Source of the DNA: Octopus sinensis
Lineage: Eukaryota
Assembly: GCF_006345805.1 (NCBI RefSeq)
Contig: NC_043002.1
Coordinates: 8,308,001 to 8,372,000, forward strand
Direction: 5' to 3'
DNA length: 64,000 nt
A model generated the notes under the pieces. The model made no database searches. It had not been told where the DNA came from and saw nothing but the letters and a program-made list of their open reading frames with translations. Below are positions 26,104 to 38,352 of the stretch, one piece after another (positions within the stretch are counted from its first letter, which is position 1; each line of letters opens with the position of its first letter). A program made the position numbers and the translations under genes.

Positions 26104-26444
26104 TTAATGTAAAACATTTGGCCAGAGGCACCTAGAATGCATTCCTCCATTTCTGCCTTAAAATATGAGCTGCAAAACCTCTGAAATATATACTTTTTTA
26201 CCCTGTTAGCTTTTATTTTAATGTGGAGGGGCTTTTCCTGCTCAAAACTTCAGGAGTCATATTATTTTTTTTATCAATTATTTTATATTTTATTCTTTAT
26301 GTTTAAAAAAAATGTTATAAAACAGAGATGAAAGTAATAAAATAATAAAGACAATTTATAACTAATTTTAAAAAGTTAATGGAAACTTGATATTTAAAAC
26401 AAAAATCATTTTTAAAGATGTATATAAATAAGATATTTTCTTAC

Positions 26445-26618
26445 TTTAAAGCTATATTTATATATATAGGACTCTGGTCCACCATGTCGATCTTTTTTAG
26501 TTTTGCTGAAAAGAACCAATTCTTCAAAAAGAAATATATGCCGCATTGATTTCTTCCTTCCTTGAGTAACAAAAAATTCATTCTGACGTAGAAGGCGACC
26601 TTGTTCTTGTAAATTTAC
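26445..26618 (-). CDS. PLEKHG4: PH exon VNLQEQGRLLRQNEF...RHIFLFEELVLFSK...YIYKYSFK
   Basis: PH motifs; 174 nt phase 0/0; cttcAG and GTAAG. Confidence 0.95.
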
Positions 26619-26835
26619 CTGAAGAAAAAATTTTTTAAAATTAATGATAACAGGAAAAAGAAAAATACTAAAAAAAAACCCCAAACTCTTTCCTATTTAT
26701 TACTAATGATTAAGGTCAATTTAGTCCATAAATGAGTATTGTCAACTGAGCAGGTGCTAGTATGTTACTGGTACTTGTTTTATCATCTTTGGATGAAAAA
26801 AAAACAAACTAAATTGATCTACAATAATTTTATAA

Positions 26836-27338
26836 TAAAAATAATAATGAAATTATTGTATACGGTGCTCAGGTGCACCACAAGTTGTCAAAAGTGTGTA
26901 TAAAGCATATGCAGTAATGTCCAAATGTCTGGAAAGCGAACAGTGCATGAGTCAGATACATGATTGCATGTGTACGGAGGGGAGAAAATCAGGTGTAGTG
27001 TTGGCGAATCTCAGGAAGCATGGAAGTTTTGAAGGATGCAGTGCTCCGACAACTAACAACTGATGCCGGCAGTTTGTTCCATGCTTCAGCAACTCTTAGC
27101 GTGAAAAAAATGTTTCCGAAAGTCATGGGAGCTGTGCTGTTTTCTGAATTTGTAAACATGTCCACGGGTGTTAGACAGGTGGAGTTTGAAAAGGTGCTCA
27201 GAGTTATTGTTTGTAAGATGGTTAATAATTTTATGGGTGTCTGCCAAGTCAGCTGCCAGACGTCGGGGTTTCAATGTGTCCATGCCCAGGGAAGTAAGGC
27301 GTTCAGAATATGGCAAATGCCTGATGTAGGGTATTCTC
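26836..27338 (-). mobile_element. CR1-clade LINE 3' end
   Basis: Family match, ORF 27086-27355. Confidence 0.88.
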
Positions 27339-27572
27339 TTAACTTTAAATACCAAAAGAGGAAAATAATAACTTGGTCCTTAATCTAGCCCTTTCGGTGT
27401 CTTTCACAAAGTCCATTCAGTTGCAAATATTCAAATCAGGTTCCTTGTCTAAGGGTCGATAAATGGATAGGCACTACTTGTTGAATCAATGTTTCAGTTT
27501 GGGTGTCTTTTCTTTCTCACCAGTCAGGTTTGCTGCTCTTCCTCATTTAACTAAACCATTAAATATAATAAA

Positions 27573-27689
27573 GGTTCCAGGTTCAGTCCCACTGCGTGGC
27601 ACCTTGGGCAAGTGTCTTCTACTATAGCCTCGGGCCGACCAAAGCCTTGTGAGTGGATTTGGTAGACGGAAACTGAAAGAAGCCCGTCG

Positions 27690-27724
<35 letters not shown>

Positions 27725-27803
27725 GCTAAGTTACGGGGATGTAAACACACCAGCATCGGTTGTCAAGCGATGTGGGGGGGGGACAAACACAGACACACAA
27801 ACA
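27573..27803 (+). mobile_element. SINE family 1 copy whose 3' segment (27725-27803) is inverted
   Basis: 5' half on +, post-microsatellite segment on -. Confidence 0.75.
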
Positions 27804-28217
27804 TATATATATATATATTTCAATTTATTCTAGCGAAAGGGAAATGAAGAGTAATTTCCCTTACATTTCCCTTGCACCTTTTGTGATCAAGTGGTGTCAA
27901 AATTGCTGAGGTGACAAGGAGGCAGCTTGTCTTCTATCCGGCAGACGTCCATACTTCTCTCCCTTCTGTGGATGTCTGGTTCCCCCAAACAAATGGGATG
28001 CCATTCAGTGCAATACGATCAAGGACAGGCTGGTGCACTGTCTTGACCAGCACTGTCTGGCATGGTTTTCTACTTTGCCTCACAGCCCCAGAACGGTGCC
28101 TGGGCTAAACACAGTGGCATCACTCTTGACTGTCACTTAGCTTAATAGCAACTGTCAGCACATCAGTGTTTCACTAAGGCCTCAAGATCAGTGAACCTTA
28201 CAAATGCTGCTGCTGCT

Positions 28218-28517
28218 TTGTTTGTTTGTTTGTTTGTTGAGCGAAGCGGTCTTCTTCCTGTCTGTAGTGGGAGAAGTCTAAAACGTGGTCCTTTGCTATT
28301 CGTAAGACCCGCAGAAGAGAAAGCAGGTCAACTGAGAGTATCGACGGATGAATGAATGTGCATCCAGGCTCAGCGGTTGCATAGGATGTTGGGGACAAGA
28401 AACAGGAAGAAAGAGTGAGAGAAAGTTGGAGCGAAAGAGTACAACAGGGGTCGCCACCACCCCCTGCCGGAGCCTGGTGGAGCTTTAGGTGTTTTCGCTC
28501 AATAAACACACACAACA
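28218..28517 (-). mobile_element. Probable 5'-truncated SINE of a third family with a (CAAA)n tail
   Basis: GC-rich island ending in (CAAA)n on -; only one copy in the window. Confidence 0.5.
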
Positions 28518-28695
28518 TTAACTTCATGTTCCTAATATTGTACAAAGACTACGTTTTACACCTTCATAAAACAAGACCTGACATATTTGGAGAGTTGAAA
28601 TAAGGTGGAAACTCAATATTTTGGAAAGAAAGAAGTGTAGAAGCAGATGAAAGAAGTTTAGATATTTTCAATGCATTATTTGAGTCTTAACTTAC

Positions 28696-28773
28696 ATCAC
28701 ATTCTTTCAGAGAATCCATAGCCAACAGATCATTGCCATGACGTAGATGGAATTTCACCATTTCTTCAGCAGA
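28696..28773 (-). CDS. PLEKHG4: DH-PH linker exon SAEEMVKFHLRHGNDLLAMDSLKECD
   Basis: LRHGNDLLAMD signature of the PLEKHG4/PLEKHG4B/quattro family; 78 nt; ctttcAG and GTAAG. Confidence 0.95.
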
Positions 28774-29330
28774 CTGAAAGTTAAGAACATTGTCATTTAA
28801 GTTATTTAGATGAATTGATTATGAATTGAGAAAACATTTACACAGTTACAGTCTAAAAAACTGTTTAGCCCTTCTGAATCCATCAATACACTTTGACATG
28901 TGCAGTTTCATTTGACTATATTCCTGGAAGAAACAAAAACCGATTTTGCGTTTATAACAGAAACATTGTGTGGTGTTAGTGGTGTTATGGGCTGTGATGA
29001 GCTATGTGGTGTTGGTGGAGAGGATGGTAGATGAGACTGCAGGGGCCAGTGGAAGAATGAAAGGGGCATGCGTGGGCAGGAAGCACATGTGGGTAGTTTG
29101 AGCTGAGAAGGAAGAGAGGCAAGACGTGTTTAATTCGTGAGAGTGACCGCTGATTCCGCCGAGGTCAACAGGTATTTTCAGTTGTAAATACATATCTACG
29201 TGGCCATCTGCTTTGGTGTCTTCAAAGAGTGTAGTCAAACGAAATCACATTTTCTAAAGTGTACTTGTAGGTTCAAAAGGTTAAGAAGCAACACTTCTGT
29301 TTTCAGTGAAGTGAGAGATATTTGTCAGTT

Positions 29331-29823
29331 TGTGGCCGATGCCAGTACTGCCTGATTGGCACTCATGCCAGTGGAACGTTAGAAGCACCATTCGAGTGTG
29401 ATCATTGCCAGGGCCACTGACTGGCTCCCATGCCGGTGGTACATAAAAAAAGCACCATTCGAACATGGTCATTGCCAGTGCCGCCAGACTGGCTCTTGTG
29501 CAGGTGGCATATAAAAAGCACCATTTGAGCATGGTCGTTGCCAGTGCCGCCAGACTGGCTCTTGTGCAGGTGGCATATAAAAAGCACCATTTAAGCATGG
29601 CCGGTGCCAGTACTGCCTGACTGGCCCTCATGCCAGTGGCACGTAAAAGCACTCACTACACTCTCAGAGTGGTTGGCATTAGGAAGGGCATCCAGCTGTA
29701 GGAACTTTGCCAGATCAGATTGGAGACTGGTGCAACCTTCTGGCTTGTCAGCCCTCAGTCAAACCATCCAACCCATGCTGGCATGGAAAGCGGATGTTAA
29801 ACAATGTTGATGATGATGATGAT
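29331..29823 (+). mobile_element. RTE-family 3' UTR copy with 5 tandem ~66-bp modules
   Basis: Clear periodic array at 29331-29652. Confidence 0.82.
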
Positions 29824-29865
29824 GTAATGATGATTAGTGATGGATATTACTATACTGCTCCCTAC

Positions 29866-30009
29866 CTTCAGATCATTATATTCAGTCTCTGTTTCTGGGC
29901 AAGCTTTTATCATTTGTTTTAGCAACAGAGCATACTTCCCCATTCTTTGAACTGGCCGGAGAAGGTAACTGGACAAATTCATCTTGTCTTTAAGTTCATT
30001 CTGTTTGAT
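29866..30009 (-). CDS. PLEKHG4: DH exon IKQNELKDKMNLSSYLLRPVQRMGKYALLLKQ...YNDLK
   Basis: YLL.PVQRMGKYALLL DH CR3 motif; 144 nt phase 0/0; AAG acceptor (in-frame CAG alternative 9 nt downstream), GTAGG donor. Confidence 0.93.
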
Positions 30010-30132
30010 CTTAAAATAGAAGAAATACAAATAACAGTTAAGCAAAATAAAACATTTTATAAGCAGTTTACCATTCTTATTAAATCTATTTCTTTTGTGA
30101 ACTTGATTTCACAACAATAAATGACAAATGTA

Positions 30133-30366
30133 AAGGCGGTGAGCTGGCAGAAACATTAGCACGCCGGGCGAGATGCATAGCTGTATTTCGACTGCCGTTA
30201 CGTTCTGGGTTCAAATTCTGCCGAGGTCGACTTTGCCTTTCATCCTTTCGGGATGGATAAATTAAGTACCAGTTACGCACTGGGGTCGATGTAATCGACT
30301 TAATCCGTTTGTCTGTCTTTGTTTGTTCCCTCTGTGTTTAGCCCCTTGTGGGTAGTAAAGATATAT
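30133..30366 (+). mobile_element. SINE family 2 copy
   Basis: Family match; flanking repeat AATAAATGACAA. Confidence 0.88.
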
Positions 30367-30711
30367 AAATAAATGACAACAGCAAATTGTTACTGCAACC
30401 AAGTTTCAACCCTGTATCAATCCGCAAATGTTTTTTGCTGTTTCTGTCTCTTTAAGTAATTATAAGTTTATCTCATTAGGGTGATTTATTTTGACTAGAC
30501 ACAGGACAAGATGCTTATAAAAAATTTTTTTAAATTGGGGAAAAAGCTTTTAATAAACAACTAAATTTAAAAATGCAAATGACCTTTATTTATTATCAGC
30601 TGACAAAAAGGAAGAAGAGAACAAACAAACAATAAAAGAAAATGCAATGAACAGTTTAAAAAAATTTTTTAAAACAGAAGAAATATTATCAGGTAAAAAT
30701 GCTAGACTTAC

Positions 30712-30801
30712 TCGAAAAAATTCCGTGCCATGTTCTGCCATTAAATGATCGGATTTTGGTTTGTTTTTGTTGTACAGAGCATAGAGGTAAAAATGTTCTT
30801 C
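30712..30801 (-). CDS. PLEKHG4: DH exon EEHFYLYALYNKNKPKSDHLMAEHGTEFFR
   Basis: 90 nt, phase 0/0, ttctAG acceptor, GTAAGT donor; YALY.KNKP.S motif typical of PLEKHG4-family DH. Confidence 0.95.
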
Positions 30802-31320
30802 CTAGAAGTTAAATGATCAAACAAATTATAAGAACAACAAAAATAATTTTTTTGTTTTTTTTTAATGTATAAATACATATACAAAATATTAAGAGTATAC
30901 ATGTCTACTGGAAATATAGCTGGCCGTCTTACATTTTAAGTAATTCATGGAATTAATTACCTAATTATCACTGACAACCTTAAGCTGACCAATATTTTTT
31001 TTAAAGTTCTGTTTAAAAAAAAACTTGGTAAAATCCAGTTGCTTTAATCAAGTAGACTTAGGATGAAAGACGTTCCAACAAAGACCATCCAGTTTTCTCT
31101 ACAAACATCTATGACTACATTTTCAAATTTCTATTTTGAATCTTTCTGACTTTGTGACACATATCATATGTCAGGTCAATAATACTGGTGTTCTTTATAT
31201 GGAAAGTAAAACAAACAACAACAAAGAAACAAAAAACGAAAACAAAACAAAAATAAAACCAAAGCAAACTGTTTTGAAGTTAAATTTAGAAAGAAAAAAT
31301 GAAAACTATTGTTTATTTTA

Positions 31321-31702
31321 TGCCAGCGTCGCCTTGACTGGCTTCTGTGCCAGTGGCACATGACCTGCTGTGCTTGAGGAGACCTATTGAGTCAAGTACA
31401 TCAACATCAAAATAAATATCAAATGGAAATTGTAGTTGTGATACCTGTGCCAGTGGCACATAAAAAGCACCATCCGAACGTGGCTGATGCCAGCGCCGCC
31501 TTGACTGGCTTCTGTGCCGGTGGCACGTAAAAAGCACCCACTACACTCACAGAGTGGTTGACGTTAGGAAGGGCATCCAGCTGTAGAAACACTGCCAGAT
31601 CAGACTGGAGCCTGGTGCAGCCTCCTGGCTTCCCAGACCCTGGTCGAACCATTCAACCCATGCTAGCACAGAAAACGGACGTTAAACGATGATGATGATG
31701 AT
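31321..31702 (+). mobile_element. RTE-family 3' end (subfamily B) with a possible ORF terminus (AVLEET) and modules
   Basis: Family match. Confidence 0.78.
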
Positions 31703-32989
31703 ATGTGTAAAATTGATATGGATTTCTGAAGATTTAAAAATCCATGGTACATTTAAATACTCCTTGTAGTGCACCAGCAAATTTAGCATACTTCCAAAGT
31801 AGTGTGTATTTTGTAAGGGTCATCTTATAGCATAATAGCTCCTACCCCAACCAAAGCAGTGCATGGCATTTTAAGTATTCATTAACTATACTATAGATTT
31901 TTTTCAAAAGAGAATGTGTTAACCACTCCACAACATCAGTGGATGTTCCAATCCTTTTGATATCAGTGATTTCACCCGGTTGTTACTTAGAGCAGGGTTT
32001 CTCATAGTGTGTGTATGCATGGGATGGTGGATAAATTGTCATGTGTAATAAAATTAAGATGGTTATTTAAAATTTTTAAAACTGGTTCAACATCATTCTG
32101 CTTATTAATTAGGTATGTAACAGTTACTAAAAGAAAGCAATTCTTAAAGGTTTGACTGTCTTGAAATTTTTTTATAAATTCATGTTCCAAGAAATTTCCT
32201 GTAATTTCGATTTCTGAATTTTATTGAATATTTAAATGAAAAGTTTTTCGCAAATTTAAATATTCATTGCATTTACTGCAGCATAGATTTAATAAGCAAT
32301 ATTAATTTGTTGTAGGTGAAATTTTCCATTTATTTGCAACAGTCTCTCACTCTCTCTCGCCTCTATCTTCATTAATGATAATTTAACATATATTCATTTC
32401 AAGTTTTAATTCTCTATTTACAAAACCTACAGTTTATTCTATATATGAAATTTTAAAAAATTATTTATAGAATGAATGAATGCTAGACAAAATAGCTATA
32501 TAACTTTGTGACTTATTTTTGATAAAATGAAAATTGTTTAATTATACACACACACACACACACACATATATAGCTGAAGGATTAAAATTAATCAAAGAAC
32601 ATACTAAGTATGTCTACCTGCTGGGAATAATAGTCAAAACTCTGATTTAGATTGCCAAAATACACTGATAATAACTACAGAAATCAACTGTCGGAAGGCA
32701 AATGGGCCAAGACAATCTCTCAGCATACATTCAAGTATTTGGACCGGTTTCTGGACTGGCATAACATGGAGAGCCCCAACCCATAACATTAAAGTCTGTG
32801 CTGCAACTGATTCATTTTGTACCGAATCATAGCAGCCACCGGTGTGAAAATAGTATATATATTGAAGAAACTTGCCCAAAGTACCGTGCAGTGGGGTTGA
32901 ACCCAGAATCACATGGTTGAGAAGAAAGCATTTTCCACACAGCTACATCTGTGCCTATATTATGAGCTATCTATTTATACATGAGGAAT

Positions 32990-33201
32990 ATTTGAAGGAT
33001 CAGTCAAGGCTGATCTGGAACCCAACCTAGGCCCCCATATCTATGGCGTTCGCCGCATGAATAAGGAATGGTTGGAGATCACGTGGTCGTTAGCCTCAAA
33101 TCGCCAGGTCTGGTCGGCGTTTGTGAGAGATGCAGCATTGAGGATGAATAAAGCCAGCTCAACCCACCCCGGGTGAATGCTGTCAAGTCAGTCAGTCAGT
33201 A
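32990..33201 (+). mobile_element. RTE LINE 3' end with (AGTC)n tail
   Basis: VKADLEPNLGPHIYGVRR..KEWL.....LASNRQVWSAFVRD...SSTHPG*. Confidence 0.75.
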
Positions 33202-33365
33202 TTATTTATACCTACATATGCATTTTGAGGTACTAAGTAAAAGAGTTATTTTCATCAAAAACTGTATTTAAAATTGATAATTAACAAACCTTAATTAGCT
33301 CAACAGACAAATTAATACAACTGAAAAACAGACATAGACCAAACTAAGCTTTACACAGTATGGTA

Positions 33366-33776
33366 TACTCTTTTACTCTTTTACTTGTTTCAGTCATTTG
33401 ACTGCGGCCATGCTGGAGTACCGCCTTTAGTCGAGCAAATTGACCCTGGGACTTATTCTTTGTAAGCCCAGTACTTATTCTATCGGTCTCTTTTGCCGAA
33501 CCGCTAAGTAACGGGGACATAAACACACCAGCATCAGTTGTCAAGCAATGCTAGGGGAACAAACACAGACACACAAACACATACACATACATACATATAT
33601 ATACATATATACGACAGGCTTCTTTCAGTTTCCGTCTACCAAATCCACTCACAAGGCTTTGGTCGGCCCGGGGCTATAGCAGAAGACACTTGCCCAAGGT
33701 GCCACGCAGTGGGATTGAACCCAGAACCATGTGGTTGGTTAGCAAGCTACTTACCACACAGCCACTCCTGCGCCTA
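33366..33776 (-). mobile_element. SINE family 1 full-length copy flanked by a ~95-bp direct repeat
   Basis: Reverse complement of the 24939 copy. Confidence 0.9.
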
Positions 33777-33915
33777 TTTAAACTTGATTTAAACTTGATA
33801 ATTAACAAACCTAATTAGCTCAATAGACAAATTAATACAACTGAAAAACAAACATAAACCAAACTACGCTTTACAAAGAATGGTATGAGATTATAACAGA
33901 AAAAAAATTTCTTAC

Positions 33916-34165
33916 ATGTGAAAGGAAAATTTGAGCAATCTGAAATGGGTAATGTTTGCAAGTCTCCAGTTCTTGCAAGAAATACTGGTTATGGAATTCA
34001 TAGATCTTTTCAATATTACCAAAAATAATACTTCTTTTGCCTCGAAGAGCATGAGGGACTTCCTCCTTGGTTATTTCAGGTATGTAGTTATCGACAATCA
34101 ATTTTAAAGCTTGTACGTAATCTCGTTCAGTGGATATAAGTTCTTGAAGGATAAGAGCCACTGTC
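33916..34165 (-). CDS. PLEKHG4: RhoGEF DH-domain exon TVALILQELISTERDYV...IFGNIEKIYEFH...FLSH
   Basis: Canonical DH motifs ELISTERDY and IFGNIEKIYEFH; ttttacAG acceptor, CAT|GTAAG donor. Confidence 0.95.
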
Positions 34166-34511
34166 CTGTAAAAAGAGAAAACAAAAAAAAAAAGATGAAC
34201 TTTATTCAATACAATCACTTTTAAAATAAAATAAAAAATCTTAAAATTTAGAAACTTTATTTTATTAATTTAAAATATAAATATTTATACTGAACTGTTT
34301 TTACCCCTATAATATTGAAAGAATTGCTTGAGAATCAAACAAAATGCAGAGTGGTTATTTACTCCAGCTCTTCATGTTATGAGTTCAAATCTTACCAAAG
34401 TCTAGATGTTTTTTTTTTTTTGGCATATAAAAAATAAAATGCCACTCGAAATACTGGAATGTAGGCATCACTTTGTGTAGCTGTCATGCCTTCACAGCTT
34501 CATTGCATTAA

Positions 34512-34731
34512 CCCTTTTGTTACCAACCTGGCTGAAACTGGCTCTGGATCTGAGTACAAATGTCCTGTTTTCAAAAGTTTTGAATTAAAATCTTCCATCA
34601 AACCTTAGTCACAATTTATGTTCCTAACACTAGCTGAAAGATAACTGAGTTATTTTACTAAATTCTTTGTTATATTTAAAGTAATTGAAAGAAACACAAA
34701 GCATCTCAAAATAAATACAGTAATGAAAAGG
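34512..34731. mobile_element. piggyBac-type MITE, same family, opposite orientation
   Basis: TTAA flanks; reverse complement of the 25886 copy. Confidence 0.82.
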
Positions 34732-34862
34732 TTAAGGGTGTGAGGTTAAGATCCAGATATTAACAAACTTAACTATGATTCCTCTTGTTTATAAAATATA
34801 ACAGCAAAGAATAAGAACCTTTCTTTGTATGTATAAGTGACAATGTATATCACACACACACA

Positions 34863-35749
34863 CAAAGTGTTCAGGCTAAGTTTGGCAATTTTTCTCAGAA
34901 CCAGCTTCATGTATTGCTGTACAGTCAATGGCATTGAAAAGCATAAATATTAAAATTGTAATTGAGAAAAAGTTAGCTGACAAGGAGGACTCCAAGCCAT
35001 CTGAATATTTGAAAAGAGTTACCTAGATCGTGATGCTTAATGCCTGGTAGCAAAATGCTGGCATCATAACCACTGCTAGATGCTCTATGAACCCTGCAAA
35101 GTAAGATGTGACATGGACAGCTGCAAAGGAGACTACGAAGGTCATGGCCAGAGAAAGGATACAACAGACGTTCCGATTGCATCTGCATGCTGGGATTCAT
35201 TGCCACATATTTGAAAACAGGGCCTTAGCCTTAACTCAGATGGCTATGTGAACCTGCTAGAGTTGGTGATCAATCCTTGACTGGAAAAGGTTGCTACTGG
35301 GAGATCATGAACATGGAAGAGGGATTCAGCTTTTAGCTATACTACCAGAAAAGAGTTAGAAGTGATTGTTGGAGAATTTCTATGACTTCACCAGCTCCAA
35401 TTTCTGGCTTCCAATCTCCCCGATTGCAATTCCATGAATTACAATATGTGAGGCCAGGTTGAGAAAGATGTCAACTGCTCTGTCTGCAACATCAAGGTTT
35501 GAGCTGGTCACCAAGGTTGAGCTAGTGGTCAAAATCAAGAATGCATTTGAAGATCTTCTCAAGGACACAGTAAAGAATGGATGCACCAGGCTCTGGAGTT
35601 GTCTTGAAGCCATTGTGGCTTGAGTAAACTTATTCCCAGCCATAATCTAGTTGATGTTTTTTGATTTTTTAAAAGATACTTTTATCTTTAGATAGCATAT
35701 CGTCTTTTTCCCTTTTAGGCAAAGTGTCAAATTTAGCTAAGACACCCTG
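34863..35749 (+). mobile_element. Degenerate mariner-like (probably DD37D/maT) element
   Basis: Degenerate TIRs ending CACCCTG|TA; ENFYDFTS.NFW..SPDCN.M.Y remnant. Confidence 0.65.
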
Positions 35750-37059
35750 TATACGTCTAACCCATTCCAGCATGGAAAATGGGCATTAAATGAGTCTCTT
35801 GCTCCCAAGTTGTGAATGTTAATAAAGTATGGAACACAAAACTGATATTTTGATTGGACAATATTATTAGGACAAAACAATTTTACTGGCGTGTGTGTGT
35901 GTGTGTGTACACACACACACACATACACAAGGGGAATGGAAAATAGAACAAGAGAGACCGATTCCTGGAAGGAGATCAAAAGGAAGAAAATAATGAAGTA
36001 AATATTTAGAAATGTGGCTGCATGAAATTTAGTTGTTCAGCTCTTTTGTTTAATGCATTTGAGGCTTGGAATAAAATTACCGTTTTTTTTCTATTATAAC
36101 ATCTTACATTGCAGATTTGAATGATAAGAACTATGCTAGTAGGGTGCTTTGACCTTCTTTGTTGTAAGCAGCTTTTTTTGCTAACATATTTTAACCTTTC
36201 TTTAACTTACCATACCAAAGAATTTTAATATCCTTTCCTTTGTATCTTTGAATTATCTGCCCTACATTCTTTTGCTAAACTGCACATTTGCATTTTATGT
36301 TGTTGCTGTTGTTTTATATATATATATTTAAATATGTATATATGTAAATATGTAGTCTTGTAGAAAAATTCTTTTGCTAACTTTCTTTTAGTTTATCATT
36401 TCCTGTTCTTATTCATATATTCAAACATCAAACAAAATCATTAACATTTATTTACATGTTATGTTATGTTATTTTATTATTTATTTCTTTAACATATATA
36501 TTCCTATCTTTTTTTAAATTTTCTTCTTTCTCACCATCAAATCCCTTACCATTTTCACTTTCTTTTTCTATTTAAATTTTGTGCAAAATGGTTCAGTGGC
36601 CAACCAGTAAACCCAAGTAAGCTTGTCGGAATATTCAAATGTTCCATTTGACACTCAGTTGTTTACAATTGCACGCACACATGCAGGCAAGCATGCACAC
36701 ACACACACACACACACATTATTTCTTGTAAAGTCAGGTAAATTCTAGTGGAATATGGAACAGTCCACCTAAAACAATCTCATTCCATTCCATCTAAAAGA
36801 CAATCCTGAAATGTTTAATCAAGAAGAATTCCTTCTGTAAATAAAGATCCAGAGCCAAACAAATTTCTTTAAATTTGGTAAAATGAGTTATTTTCTGGAA
36901 AGTCTACAAAAGCATTGCAAGCATTATAATATGGTAAATAAAAAGTCTTTCTTTCATAAGAAAAGACTAAAAACTTTGATAGCTTTGACAAAAACAACAA
37001 AACAAAACAAATGAACAGTCATTCCAGTGCATTTCTAATATTTATAAAAAATATATGGT

Positions 37060-37451
37060 AGGCGCAGGAGTGGCTGTGTGGTAAGTAGCTTGCTTACCAA
37101 CCACATGGTTCCGGGTTCAGTCCCACTACGTGGCATCTTGGGCAAGTGTCTTCTACTATAGCCTCAGGCCGACCAATGCCTTGTGAGTGGATTTGGTAGA
37201 CGGAAACTGAACGAAGCCTGTCATATATATGTATATATATGTATGTGTGTCTGTGTTTGTCCCCCTAGCATTGCTTGACAATCGATGCTGGTGTGTTTAC
37301 GTCCCCATCACTTAGCGGTTCGGCAAAAGAGACCGATAGAATAAGTACTGGGCTTACAAAGAATAAGTCCCGGGGTTGATTTGCTTGACTAAAGGCAGTG
37401 CTCCAGCATGGCTGCAGTCAAATGACTGAAACAAGTAAAAGAGTAAAGAGA
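37060..37451 (+). mobile_element. SINE family 1 full-length copy
   Basis: Near-identical to the other copies. Confidence 0.9.
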
Positions 37452-38209
37452 GGTACCAAGATATACAACTCTTGTAAACCAGAAGTTAAAGATATAGCTA
37501 CCATCCTTAATACTGATCATACAGTAGAATATCTGTTTTTCCCCCTCCATGCAAACTTAATCAACTCTCCACAAATTGAATTAAGAACGACTTTGCAAAT
37601 GCATCCCAGACGCAATTTTACTTACAAACAAATACGTTAGATGTATCCCTTTATGGAACAATGCTCTGTCAATAATAGAACGGTTTTACAGCATTAGTGA
37701 CAAACAACATTGTAAATTTTCCCCCCAGTTCAATATTATTGATTTTTTTTTTCTCTCTCCTTCCATTACTAAAACCTCTTCTCGAAGCTTCAGCTTTTGC
37801 CAACACCATTGTGCCTGTCAGTGAATTTGATATCAAAATAATTATGTATGGAGGAAAATCCTTTTTTGTTTTTCACAATTCAGCTTCAGTTTAAAAAAAA
37901 AAAAAAAGATGATTTATTTGATGTTTCTCCAACAATATATAATAGCACTTAACTATGAAAAATTACAATTACAATTTACATTTTAGCATGATTACATTAA
38001 AAAAAAAAAAAAAAACTTCCTGGCTTGAACAGAGGCCTTTGAAGAGATGATGGGCTCTTAATCATATGCATTATGAATGGCCATGAATTTAGACTAAAAC
38101 CTCATTAAACTTATTAGTAATATGGGTTTAAGGCTTGCAGTTGATACTGATTTTAGTGTAGTTAATTTTTTCATTTTACGTATATTTCTTTAAACTTAAA
38201 TACAAAAAG

Positions 38210-38352
38210 ATTCTATTGTGTCTGGGGAGAGTCATTTTCTTTTTGTGCCTTATAATATGACACACTCACCGGTAAAATTTCCACTTATTTCTTATTTTTA
38301 TTTTCCTAAAATTTTCGTTGCGTCTTGCAACCTTTTCAATAGTTTTGACTCT
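38210..38352 (+). repeat. Dispersed repeat, second copy at ~57140-57272
   Basis: Shared TCTGGGGAGAGTCATT...GCCTTATAAT...CACTCAC.GGTAAAATTTCCACT. Confidence 0.65.

Noticed and set aside
29331-29652. CRISPR-like appearance of the 66-bp array, and of 63080-63372
   Set aside because: No unique spacers, no cas genes, eukaryotic retroelement or minisatellite context
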